From NCBI RefSeq assembly GCF_037042905.1, contig NC_087250.1:24120001-24184000 (forward strand): a stretch of DNA of 64,000 nt, in the 5' to 3' direction. The notes beneath the pieces were generated by a model that saw nothing but the letters and a program-made list of their open reading frames with translations, was not told the origin of the DNA and ran no database searches. The translations under genes were made by a program, and so were the position numbers. This stretch comes from Lytechinus pictus (lineage: Eukaryota). Positions within the stretch are counted from its first letter, which is position 1. Every line of letters starts with the position of its first letter. Below, piece by piece: positions 24,404-37,388 of this stretch.

Positions 24404-25009
24404 CAGCAATGCAGACGAATATGGCGCCCTTGAGAAAGACTTCAGCAAGATATACAAAAGCTACTTACGCAAGTGGAGTGGTTTCGCACAGGACCTGATA
24501 CCTACGCTTCCCATAGAGCTCTTTGCATTCCTGGCCCACAGGGATAAGCACTTTGCAGTACTGTCATTTCTGAGATTCCGACAGGTTATACGTCTGATGC
24601 GTGTGTCACAATTTTTTGATAGATGGGAACAGGAACTTAATATCAAGTAAGTAATGAAAGATTCTGATTGTAAGATGTCTCATAAATGTAAAGTGGTCAC
24701 TTATTCTGGGTGGTGTTTTACGAGGAGTTAAATGTTACCTAGACCCCTGTTACACTGGATATCCTACCCAATACCAGTCTCAGGGCGCCCCGAGACTCGT
24801 TTTCAAAAAGTTGATCTAAATGTTTGACCCCCTATTACACCGGAATCATAACGAGTCTCGATGCCTCCCCCCCACTGAGACAGCTTTCTGTGCGTTTACA
24901 GTGACTTACCAAAGCTGTCCGAGATTAGTTGAGCAGGGCGCCAAGTGCGCGCTGTGTTTGTTTGGATAATCGTTCCAGGTGTAGCACATCAAGCGAAACT
25001 GTCTCTGAC

Positions 25010-26100
25010 CCTGTCAGACCGCAGGTCCCTATGCTAATGAGCAAAAAGGCCAGATTCATCCAAATCATCTCGTGGCTGAATCCTCCTCCTTGCAAAATCT
25101 CGTGATTCGTGAGATTTTCTTTCTCTAAGAATTTACCTGTTTTAACCTCAAGTTAAATGAAATATTATTGCACCATCAGATAGAGTAAAAGTTACTCTTT
25201 CATATTGGTCATTTATTTTGTATACAATATTTTGTTAAATTAGTAAAATTTTTGGCCTGAAATTGTGCCTCAAAACTGAATTTTCTTCCTCTGTTTTCTT
25301 TTGCAAATTGTGCAAAACTTTTTATTTTGAGCCGCAATGATATCTATATCACCATAAAGCTGAACTTCTGTACTTTCTCACAATGCCACTCTTGATATGC
25401 AGCACCTTTTAATCGCGTCAAGATCACACTTTTCCCACCAAGGTACAAGACGAGATTTCTGAAATTTTGTACTTGCATGAAATCCAGAGTTCTGATTGGC
25501 TGGATAAGGTTCACAGAACAACAGGCGCGGGGTATTTGAGGAGATTACCACATGGGAAGTGTGACCTTCCCACGAACCCAAACACTGGAACCGTTGGAAT
25601 TTGCCATTGTGTGGTCTTTTTTAATTACCAATCAGAGTGCAGTATACTTGTTTTCAAGCTGCTTTATGTACTTGGCAAATGAAAAGTGTGATCTTGACCC
25701 GATTAAACCAATTCTTATTTTGAAACCTATATCATTTCAAAGCATACATATTCAGCTTTATCATGATATAAAAATCATTTGGGCTCAAACAAAAATAAAG
25801 TGTGAAAATAGCAGCTTTTGTCAGGTGAGAATATTTATTTTGTAGCATATTTTAGATCAAAATTTTAACCTATATTACAAAATCCTTGAATAAATCCAAA
25901 CACATGACCTGAAAGAATGATTCTTCTTCTTTACAATGGTACCAAATTCATGAAATTCGATGCATAATTAGAGCAGCAATGACCGAATGAAAAGAGGTGT
26001 TTTGGTCCGCATCAAGCTCATTAAATATGCAAAACATATAAAGTCATGAATATCACTTGGATGAAAGAAGCCACTTTATTGGGACCTGCAGTCTGACTGG
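25010..26100. mobile_element. About 1.09-kb foldback-type non-autonomous DNA transposon, only in copy 2
   Basis: TIR (C)CTGTCAGACCGCAGGTCCC / GGGACCTGCAGTCTGACTG(G). The empty site tctgaccagact near 4650 gives a TSD of AC (2 bp, CACTA/EnSpm-like) or GACC (4 bp). Long internal inverted repeats. Confidence 0.8.
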
Positions 26101-29100
26101 ACCAGGCTCGGGCAGGTTTGTGTTTACACCAAATCAAAAGCAGTCTTGGGGCGCCCCGAGACCGGTCTCGGAACACACCGCAAGGTGGTCCGAGATAGGT
26201 TTGCTGAGAAGGGGTCTTGGGTAGGTTTTTGCGTTTACACCGGATGAGAAACCTGCCCAAGACTGGTCTCAGGGCACGCCAAGACTACATAGGAAATCCG
26301 GTGTAACAGAGGTCTTACAGTCGTACACGTTCACACCAACGCGTACATGCTATTTAATGCTTAATTTTATTGATGGATATGCAGAAGTGACCATCCTGTG
26401 CGCATGATCTGGCCAATGCGATGATGTTATATACCACATGCAACTAAAAGTAAAGAGGGACTCTAATCTTGAATCTTTTTGAAACACCACCCGGTTGTGT
26501 CTAGTCCCAGTAATGGATAACCCTCTTAACCGTCACTGTTAGTGAGTCTTCAGACCTATACACTAATTAGAAATACAAACAAAAAGTTGGTTTTAAAACA
26601 AGTCTGACATATGCTCCAAATTGTAATGCCAACTTTAGTTTCAGTATATTGGTCGATTGAGTTGTATATAGTTGGTTATGTAATTGTTGTCTCTTGATTA
26701 TCTTTTTCATTTCAGTATCCTGAAAGTGAGATTAACCAAGTTCTTTGTTTTACTGCTGATCATCATTCATCTGTTTGCTAGCATCTGGTACACCATAGCA
26801 TGTCCTCTTGGTGTTTGCAAAGAAGGCTCATGGGCTACTAAGATGGGTAAGTTGTCCATCCTCCGTTTCTTCTTTCTTGTTCTCTCTTTTTTATTGATAT
26901 TCTGTTATCTTTTCTTCACTTTTCTATTGCAACCTTTCTTCTCTGTCAATAATAATCTCTTTTCTATTTTCTTCCATGCACTTTGTTCTTCATTTTTGTC
27001 TCGCCTGCATAGCGTAGCGACTATAGGCGCCGTTATCTTAAGTTTTTGAAATGTCAACATTACTTAGAAAGTATATGGACCTAGTTCATAAAACCCAAAC
27101 AAGGGTAATGGTGTATTATTGAAGATCCTTCCTGAGTTTCAGGTCACATGACCAAGGTCAAATGTCAGTTAGTGTCAACAAACTTTGACCATGTTGGGGG
27201 TTTAGTGGAATTGTCATCATAACTTTAAAAAATTTTGGATCTAGTTCATGAAACTTGAACATAAGAGCAATTAAGTATTCCTGAATACCCTGTGCGAGTT
27301 TCAGGTTACATGACCAAGGTCAAAGGTCATTTAAGGTAAACAAACTTTGATAATGTTGGGGGTATTTATGGAATCGGCATCATAAGCGTATGGATCTACA
27401 CATGTAATTCATGAAACATAGACATAAGGGTAATCTGCAAGTATGTTTTGCACCCGTCTTAGGTAACATGATCGTGGTCAAAGGTCATTTTGGCTCAATG
27501 GACATACTTATCTCATTATCAAATGAGTGTTCTCTTTTGTGAATGATCGTTCAATAGCCGTTTTCAAAGTCTGCACTACTGCTATATCGAATCACGTAAT
27601 GCAGGCGAGACTGCAGAGGCGTTCCACTTGTTCTCTTTCTCGTCATTCCACTCATTCCTATTCGCTTACCCAATTCACTTATTTCATGCATTTGCTTTCT
27701 CTCGTCAAACATTCCTTGCAGTGCTTCGCCTTTTCTCCCTTTTCAGAGTGTTTTCTTTATGTCCCCTATCTTCTCATCTATTTCTTTCACATGGGTTAAG
27801 GTTGAGGATCCATGACATTTGCTTAGGCGGCAATGCTCTGCTGTAAATTGCACACACTATATGGAATGACCAACTTCAACCCTGGATTTAACTCTATATC
27901 CTATCCTGAACCTAACCCTTTACCTTGCTAATATAAAACTCTATTGCAACCCTTCCTCTAACCCTATATCTTAGATGAAATAAAGCAAGGAGCAATTGTC
28001 GCCAGAGCAAATGTTGTGTCACCATGGTTGACTTACCATTGTTCAGTTTTTCCTTTTTTATACATACATGTAAAGGGAGCATTTATTTATAAAATGTTGC
28101 CAGTCTTTTGTGAAAGAAGTGAATATAGTGACTTAACACTAGTGAATCTGAAATATACTGTTTCCATTTTCCTTAATTGATTTAAAGACCCACATCGTGC
28201 CGAACTCGGCCCATGTGAGGTGAATGTGTAGACAGTAGACAGAAATTCCTTCAATGCTCCAGCAACCGATCAAGGTGGTTGTGCTAAAGCCAAAGTAATA
28301 ATAACACCATGTTAAGCAGGGCCCGCTGGGGGAAACAGTTTTCAGAACTGAAGTGTCTACCCTTGGTAAAATCTGAAGTTATTAGTAGTAGTACATGTAG
28401 TAGTAGTACTAGTCCATGTTCTGTAAAGATCCTTACAAAAAATGACATGAAAACAGTTGCCCAACAGTTGCTATATAGCTCACAACTACCATTTATCGTC
28501 AATATTTGACAGGTTACAGAGGGAATGAACCATACATCTTCTATCGTTACTGCGATACTATCTACTGGGCTGTGGCTACTTTGACATCAACGGGGTATGG
28601 TGATATACATGTGTACAGTGTTCCTGAGCTAAGTAAGTTTAGATTTCAACAATGTCAAATGTAGAGCGAGCAGTCTTGTTCCCATACATGATACTAATTT
28701 CATTTGGTTAGGTGTTATCTTTCTCAGTCCCACAAGAAAATATTTTGACTTAATAGGTTTTATAAAGAATCCAGAATCCATTTGGTCAGCGTACTACCCA
28801 CATTTTGTAATATGAAGAGAAAGATCTTCAGGAAAGTGAAAAACGATGGCTACAGTAGTGCTGTTAGATGCTTCATAGTTTCAATAAATAGCCAGAAAAT
28901 TAGTCTAACAATCAGGAGAGTGATTGCCCCCCCCCCATTTGTATGTAGAAGAATGTCTGAACTTCAATATGTTCTAGATTTTTAAAACCTCTACATAATA
29001 GGTTTACGACCTTTTCCATCTTTCACATTGCATCTTCTATTTCGTGTTTGTTTCTAGTATTTGCAAGTATGGTGATGGTGTTTGGAAAGCTACTCTTCGG

Positions 29101-32100
29101 TTGGGTGCTCGGAAACATCGCCTCCACCCTCGCAAACGAAGAGTCGGGACGAGTCAGCTATGAAGAGAGACTTGCAGCGGTGAAGGTACGTAGGGCATTC
29201 TCACAATATTCACTCCTCTATCCTATTCTCTGTGCGTGATGAGTCTGCTTCAGGAATATTGATATTTATCAGCGATTTTCACTGCCATATGTTATAAGCT
29301 ACTCCAAATCCTTGCATCTGATTAGCTGAGATCAAATCCATCAAACTCTTCATGAAACACTCCCTGTATATATAAGGTCTTTTGTGTGGTGAAAATTAAA
29401 GACCCAGACCGGACCCAAAAATGAAAATCACAAATCACTATATACCAATCGAAAGTTTATAGACTACTAAATACAGCAATGTAAGCTTTATGCATTTTCG
29501 CCGCTTAACAGCTGAGTATTTTGCTTAAGAACAGCTACAATTATCAGGCTTAGAAAACAGGCTTTATTGTGCTTTTCACCGGCCTCGAGACCGTGACGTC
29601 ACGTTGTGTGAGAAGCGTTGTGATTCCATAGGTTTGTACACAGAAAAACTGGGTGATTTTTTTGCTTTCCAGATTACGCATTTCATTTTCTTCACTTCTA
29701 TCACAGAGTGATATCACATATATTTGTTCCTGCACGCTTGAATTTATGAAATCTACAGTTTTGGACTAGTTTTTGCCATATTTTATTTCCTGCTTATATG
29801 GTGCAGATTTCAATTCTATCTGCATTCACATTATGTGTAACAACTTTTCCTGACATAGCAATTTAGGCCCAATATGAGCCAAACAAAAAAATCACACAAA
29901 AAAGTAGTGAATAGTTGTAAGTTTTCCTCCATTTGAACACTGAATAATTGTGACTGCCATTTTCATCTGAAAATGGAAAAAAAATTGAATTCATAGTCTG
30001 GAAATCAGAAAAATCACCCAGTTTTTTTGTACACAAACCTATGGAATCACGACCCTCCATACACAACATGACGTCATCATTTTCATGCGACGTTGGGGTG
30101 CTCAATCGAAACAAGTTCAGGAGGAGCAATTTCTTTGATTTCTATTTAATCTTTTAAGTAATGGAAGGAGATATATGTAATATTTTTGTTATATTTCTAT
30201 TCTATGAATCATTACCTTTCAGTTGATGTATGGTTGTTTTTACCCCGGTCAGGGTCTTTATTTATTTAAAAAATCTTTTATTAAAAAAACATATACTGGT
30301 ACAGCATAATAAATTACTATTGTTGGTACTAAAGTGTAGAAGAATAAGCAGCAGAATTTCTTGGTTGTAGGCTGATAATGAGACTTCATTGTATCCTCTT
30401 TTGCTTTTTATTTTGTGAAATGGGATGGAACCAAAGATTTTTTAGTACTGTATCATTATTAACAAATATCTGTGCTAATAAGTGTTCAAATTACATGTAA
30501 TAAAAATCTAAAATAATTCCATTTTAGATTTCTTGCCAAGCATTTCAGCACCACAAAGTTCGCTCAACTCTCTCAAAATATTGCATTTTATATCATTCTG
30601 TCACAGGACCAAATGAAAGACATGCGATTGAACAGCAAGTTGAGGAATCGAGTTATTAGCTATTTTGATTATCTATGGGCACGTAACAAGTAAGTCAGAG
30701 TTTGGTATTTGATTGCCAGCTAAAGCGATATATATCTCTTTTTGATATATTGCTGTTTTCCCTCTCTTCATCATGTAGAGAATATGGTAATACATTTTCC
30801 TTGTAACCCTCTAGAAAATAAAATGAATTTCACCATGTAATGCTACGGTCACTATAACAAACACCTTATGAATGATTTCATACCATGTATCGGTCCCGGT
30901 ATTAGTATGTATAAAAAAGTTTGTACGGCAATATTAAAGGTATTTGTGACCATCACATTGTGCTCATATTGATAACTCTTGAAATTTATTGGACCATCCT
31001 ACCAAATAATTTGTAGTTGCAGGAATTGCATTGTATCATTACAGTTAAAGGACAAGACCACCTCAACAAAAAATTGATTTGATTTAAAATAGAAAAATCC
31101 AACAAGCATAACACTGAAAATTTTTTCAAAATCGGATGTAAAATAAGAAAGTTATGACATTTTGAAGTTTCGCATAATTTCATTAAACAGTTATATGCAC
31201 ATCCTGGTTGGTATGCAAATAAGGAGACTGATGACGTCATCCACTCACTATTTCTTTTGTATTTTATTATATGAAATATGAAATATTTCAATTTTCTCCT
31301 CTTTGTCAAGTGAAACAATGAATAATTCCTCCCTGAATATGTGGAATTAGCATTGTTTAAAATAAAACTATATGGTTCAGTCAAGTTGGTCCTTATTGTC
31401 AAATCTGTAAAAATGAAATATTGTATAATTCAAACAATAAAAAACAAGAGATAGTGAGTGAGGGACATCATCGACTGTCTTATTTGCATGTCACTGAGTT
31501 GTGCATATAACTGTTTTGTCAAAACTAATCAAAACTTTAAACTGTCATAACTTTCTTATTTTTATATCCGATTTTGATGAAATTTTCAGTGTTATGCTAG
31601 TTTGATTTTTCTCCATTTATTCAAATCAACATTTTCCTGGGGTGAACTTCTTTAATGTTGTATTTCATGAAACAGGTTAAAGGATAGAAAGCAGAATGTT
31701 GCTTCTTCATCTGAGTGATTCAAGGAATACAAAAAGAATTTGAACAAACCTTAGAAATACAAATCCAGCCAGTTTATAAAGCAAATAATGCACATTTTAT
31801 ATTTGTACTGTCGCAGGCATCCCGGGTTTTCACTATGTAATTTGTCGTGCATTGTATTTACCCACTAACACATACCTGTGCATTATTTGCATTATATGAG
31901 CAAAAGTTGTAAATCATACACTGAGTTTTCTCTTTTTCATTCTTCTTGTTCAGGGGTATAGATCAAAGTATCCTCTTCAGAGATGCCCCATTCTGTCTGC
32001 AGACTGATCTAGGTCTCGATGTTGCTGGCGAACATCTACAGAAGGTCAGTAGACAGTAGTCTTTCAGTGTTTCAGTTGGGTACCTTCACAAAGAAGCCAT

Positions 32101-32253
32101 GTCCAAAACAGAAGTCTGAGCACCTTCTTTCATGCAGGAATCTCGCAATTGCCCTTTCATCTCTAATCATCACACTTCATCACAAAGGTGCTTTGTGTGT
32201 TTTATACTGACTTTCTCACATTTCCTATTGTTTTTTTTTTTGTGGTGAATGTG

Positions 32254-33492
32254 CCCACTGGGCAATTTGTTACCGATTACCAATTTTACCGGTTATTACC
32301 GGTAATATCACCCGGAAATTTGAGTAACACCAAATATTACCGTTATTACCATGTTATTACCGAAATTATAATTCCTGTTGATACCTGTTACTGTTATCAC
32401 CCTGATGAAACCTACATTTACCTAGTTACAACAGGGTGATGAGGGGTAATAAGGGTAATGTTGAATGACTTTGATTGGTTATAACATTGCAAACTTTAGT
32501 AATAAGAGCAATCTTACAGCAATCCCAGCGAAATTTTCAAAGTCCAAAAAATTACTGTTATCACCCTGATGAAACCAACATTTTACCCAGTTACAAACAG
32601 GTTGATAAGGGGTAATGGGTAATGTTGAAACGCTTCCATTCCCAGACAGCAAAGTATCTGGATCACATACGGTTCTTATCTGGGATATCTGGGTCCCATA
32701 TGGGCCCACATGGAACCCAGATGAAAACATATACTTGAACCCACATGGTGCCCAGATAGGACTCAGATGGAAACGAGACCTCCAACCCATGCGGAACCCA
32801 TTAATATTGGGTAAATGGAGTAATATCAGATGGTAATATCAGGAAAATGCTGGGAATATTAGTTACTCATGAATATTCATTACTACAATAAATGGCCAAA
32901 ATTTTAGCTAATATAGCTGTAATAATTAATGTGTTTATGTTTATGCAATTATTCCACCCAGAAAATTTTCAGAAAAATGTGTAGTTTATATATCATATTA
33001 GTCATAATCATGACATTAATTTTAGAAAAATGTTTTAGGGTTGAATAATTGTTAACCATAATTTGTCAAGTGTTGTAAACTCGCTCAATATATAGAAGTA
33101 AATGACAGGGTTTGGTGGATAGGTGTAGGATAGGATTAGGATTAGGATGTAGGATTTTAGGATAGGATAAGATGATATGGCTTAGAGTATGGAGTTGTAA
33201 ACATGTGCTTCAATGACCCTAATGACACTAATTGTTTTTTTAATGAGCCGACATTAATTGGGTAATATTGGGTAAACAGAGTAATATGAGGTGGTGATAT
33301 CATTAAAATGCTGGAAATATCGGTTACATCATACTGGGTAATATTGGGTAAATGGAGTAATATCGGGTCCGGGTAATAACGGGGAAAGATTGGTCTACTA
33401 TTTCCCCGTTACTACCCACTGGTGTTACCGTGGTAATAACTACGTTATTACCTGTTACAACCCGGGTAATATCGGGTAAAATGCCCAGTGGG
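32254..33492. mobile_element. CACTA/EnSpm-like non-autonomous element, 1239 bp, only in copy 2; includes a CCCAGACAGCA-type fragment at about 32641-32800
   Basis: TIR CCCACTGGGCA / TGCCCAGTGGG; 2-bp TSD TG; empty site gaatgtgata at 11441-11450; many subterminal ttacc/ggtaa repeats. Confidence 0.82.
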
Positions 33493-35595
33493 TGATACTT
33501 AGAGATGGGAAGACAATAAGGAATTCCTGCATGAAAAACTTCAGTAATTCTTTGCAGAGACTACCTGGTTTGGAAAGGATAATGGTTACCAATATCCTAT
33601 CATCTTGGCTATCATACTCATTACTCGCCCAATATATTTAATTTCATGCTTCATTCTTCTTGCTAGGTGTTCATGATGGTATTCACAACCTTCTACTTTC
33701 TGTTAATATATTTAATGATACGTTGGGATTTATTGGACTTGGTCATGTGAATATTTATATCCTTGCAGGTGGCTCTTTTCCGAGAGGCTGACGAAGCATT
33801 CCTACGTGCTCTTTCCCTCATGCTCAAACCTGTTCTCTTTATGCCTAATGATCTCATCGTAAGACAGGGAGATGTTGGAGATGAAATGTACTTCATCTGT
33901 CGAGGAGTGGTATGATTCCTTATTTCTTTTATCCTCTCATTTGGAAAAAAATACACAACTTGGCATTCGAGGAAGCATGTTAACTTCACTTGTATTTGAT
34001 GCCATAACGAGAAAATGTATCATGTTAGTAATATCTGAGATGGGAGTCTCATTAAAATTTATATCAAATTTCCATGGAAAAAGGGATCCTTGCCCCGAAC
34101 CAAACCCATACAAATATCCCTCAAAAGCAAATTATAATTGTTTATTATGTAAATACAACCACAAATTACATCAGAAGAAAGCACATGATAATGGACACTA
34201 AAAGCTTAACCCTATCTTAACTGGGCTATATTCGGACCAGGGGGGGGGGGGGGGGTCAATTTGACCCCCCCTCAGATCTCGGTTGCTGATTGCGCAATCC
34301 CCGCGAAAATTTGCATGCGCGTAGAGCCGGGTTTAAACTACAAGAGTGTATAGAAAAATGTTCCAAAAAAAAATTTATTAATTAATTATTCAAATAAGCA
34401 TATGAAATTTGCCATGAATTTGTTTTTTTGTGTATGTATTTGCCTTTAACTCAATTTATATAGCTAGCAGAATGCTAATTTTTGGTGGGAGTATCAACTA
34501 TTACATTTCTAACAAATATCTACAAAAAAATAGCAAAAATATAATTAATTTCTTATGTATTTTATTTTAATTTTAATTCTTATGTATTTCTTTGTTTTTT
34601 CAAACCTTTGTTTTATATTGTTTTTCCCGATGAACTTTGTCGAGGAACCTTTTGCGATCATAAATAACATAAAATAGATCCATTTAAACCAACAAAACTA
34701 AAAATAATCATACATTTATGATTTTTGGTAACACAATTTGCATTGACTTTTTACATGGAATCATGTTTTTGAGCAATATCTGGTCTGACATGCACTTACA
34801 AAACGTTGCATAATTTTGGAACCGCATACCCGGGCATCGAAAATTTGGTCTCAAAAGATGCGCAAGACGGCGTAGTGACAAAATTTGTTGAGGATGGGGG
34901 GTCAAATTGACCCCCAAGTTTAATAAGGGTTAATGCATGATACATTTTTAGTGTCAACTCCCATCCCTAAGCTACATTCTTGATTTTAAATTCAGGTAGG
35001 TTTGTTTAATTCGTAGCACATGATGTTAATTTTGATCTGATTTGTAGCATTCAAGCATAATTTACCCATAAAGACCACTGCTACAAAAATTTGTTAAAGT
35101 CAAACTACCATAAACACTTTTATGGAATCCCCCTTGTTGGCCCTCCCACCAAAATTAGTGTAAATATGGATTTTTAATCCATTTTGTTAGATGGTCCATT
35201 TCAGGACAAAAAATTGCCCATGAAAAAATACATGGTGTACCGTGAAACCACTACACTCTTGTTCTTTGCCATGGAAACCTTCAAAAATTGCCCTATTTTG
35301 TTCTCTTGTCACAAAATTAAGCTTGTCCCATATCTCATGTCTTTTTTTTATCCATCTATAATTGTTTTAGGTTGAAGAGCTAGAAGTTAACAGCCATTCA
35401 CGTGTTGCCCGAGTTTTAGAGTCTGGCGAATTCCTGGATGACATTAACCTCCTTTACGACGTACCACGGCGAACTTCATACAGAGGCCGAACCCACGTTG
35501 ATGTTCTCTCATTGTCGGTGCACGATTTGAAATCAGTGCTGGAGCAGTATCCGCAGGTCGAAGCACAGATTCGTCGGATTGGAAAAGAGCTTTAC

Positions 35596-36270
35596 TATGG
35601 GGCGCCAAGTGTCCGCCAGTGAATTAGGTCCAAATCACGGCATTCCGTACACAAAATGTGTTTTTATTCAGACGAAAATCATTTCGTCATGACGCTTTTT
35701 TATTTCGTACACAAAATTTATTTTTTGTCACACAAAATCAATTTCGTCTCGAAATGCACGAAATCAATTTCGTCTAGACGAAATGTAATTGCGTCCACAA
35801 AGTTTATTTGGCGTGCCATACGAAATGAATTTTTTTCAAACGAAATGGCGCACCAAATGTCCGATGGTAAATTCCGTCCAATTCACGCCATTCCGTACAC
35901 AAAATGTGTTTTTGTTCATATGAAAATCATTTCGTCATGACGCAGTTTTATTTCGTATACGAAATTATTTTTTGTCACACAAAATCAATTTTCGTCGAGA
36001 CTAAATGTAATTGCGTCCACAAAATTTATTTCGTTGCGATGCGAAAATCTATTCCGTCGACGAAATCATTTTGTGTCAAAACCACAAAAAAATTTCGTTG
36101 ACGAAATGATTTTGTGTCAAAACACAAAAAAATTTCGTCGACGAAATGATTTTGTGTCAAAACACAAAAAAATTTCGTCGACGAAATGATTTTGTGTCAA
36201 AAGACAAAAAAATTTCGTCGACGAAATGATTTTGTGTTTTGAGTCTTTTTGACATAAAATCATTTCGTCT
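35596..36270 (+). repeat. Subterminal repeat block: about 248-bp direct duplication of the terminus plus 40-bp tandem repeats; mirror at about 58525-59160
   Basis: cattccgtacacaaaatgtg at 35641 and 35889; acgaaatgat at 36101, 36141, 36181 and 36221; palindromic core TTTCGTCGACGAAA. Confidence 0.9.
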
Positions 36271-37388
36271 CCTCTGTCTCGAAGGGGACATAAGAAGGTC
36301 GCTGATTGGCTGCACCTTGCTCAAGCTGTTTTCGCTCCGGGACGATCACACTTTTTCACAGCTCAGATTGGCATGTTGGTGAACTTATTAGCTTAGATTT
36401 CACGTTATTCATGCCTACATGAGCTGCATACAACTGCTCTAATCGGTAGGATGTGGACGGACATTGCATTCGTAAGTTCAGCTATGTTTTCGACTTCAAA
36501 ATTACGTTGAAAAAAAAATGGGAATTCGTTAGTCGTTACCAAACTTGCATTTGCAAAAAGCTGTGTAACAATACTAGTCCCGTGTATTTAAGTTTATGTA
36601 CTGTAGTCAGCAGACCATTGGGGGGGGGGGGGTTTGTCTTTTCTGCACACCTAAAAAGTAAAATGGTTATGAATTATACAGGTTGAAGATATTTAGGCCT
36701 TGATCTTAATAAATAATGTAAAATTCATTCCGAGCAAAATGCTGAAAATTTCATTGAAATTGGATGACAACAAAAGTTATTGATGCCTGGCCGTACATGC
36801 CGTATGAAACTCTAACGTTAGGCTACTCCACTCAGTGACTCACGCGTATTGCGAGGTTAGTATTAGTATACTAACCTCGCACCATTAACCACGTTTGGCA
36901 ATGGATTTCTAACTAGTGGGTCACGCGTGCTGTGATCCCACTTCTGGTGTCCACAACACACAACCATCGCCTGCTGTACTAGTATAGTTGTGGTAGCCCT
37001 GGCCCCACTCATTACTAGTTCGAGGTTAGTGGCTACATATAGTTGCTACAGTACATGTATAGATCTATAGTACTAACCTCGTACACCGAACTGCATTTGG
37101 CCCTGGATTTCTGTGAAGTTGGCAAACATCGCTTCATTACAATACAGAATTAATATTTGCCGAAACTCCTCGCTACTCACCGGGGCGCTTTGCGGTGAGT
37201 AGCCATAATACAAAAAGTCAATAGTATATTTTTAATTAAATCAAAATCATATTTAAAAAAAAAGCAAATTTGATTACTTTGGAGTTTGGACTAGAAAGTG
37301 ACTTCGCGTGTCTCTTCTTTTTACGCAAATAAAAGGAAGCCAGATGGTGGCGCTAATAAATTTCACAGCCTTGATTCAGGCTCGCTTC

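Larger units (their letters stand above)
24404..35595 (+). pseudogene. CNGK: 5'-truncated duplicate of the channel gene (S2-S3 loop to last CNBD)
   Basis: Exon copies 24404-24646 (partial), 26716-26846, 28513-28632, 29058-29185, 30607-30689, 31954-32044, 33769-33909 and 35371-35595. Splice dinucleotides and frames are intact, but the copy has no start or upstream exons of its own and the last exon is split by an insertion. Confidence 0.85.

Noticed and set aside
33115..33190. (TAGGAT)n-like tract as an interstitial telomere
   Set aside because: Degenerate, not TTAGGG, and internal to the CACTA-like element.
24404..35595. Copy 2 as an extra in-frame repeat of the channel
   Set aside because: Copy 1 has a stop at 13649-13651, and copy 2 starts mid-exon without S1-S2 or a convincing acceptor.
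36060..36240. CRISPR-like array of 40-bp repeats
   Set aside because: Head-to-tail tandem units with no unique spacers, no cas genes, and a eukaryotic context.
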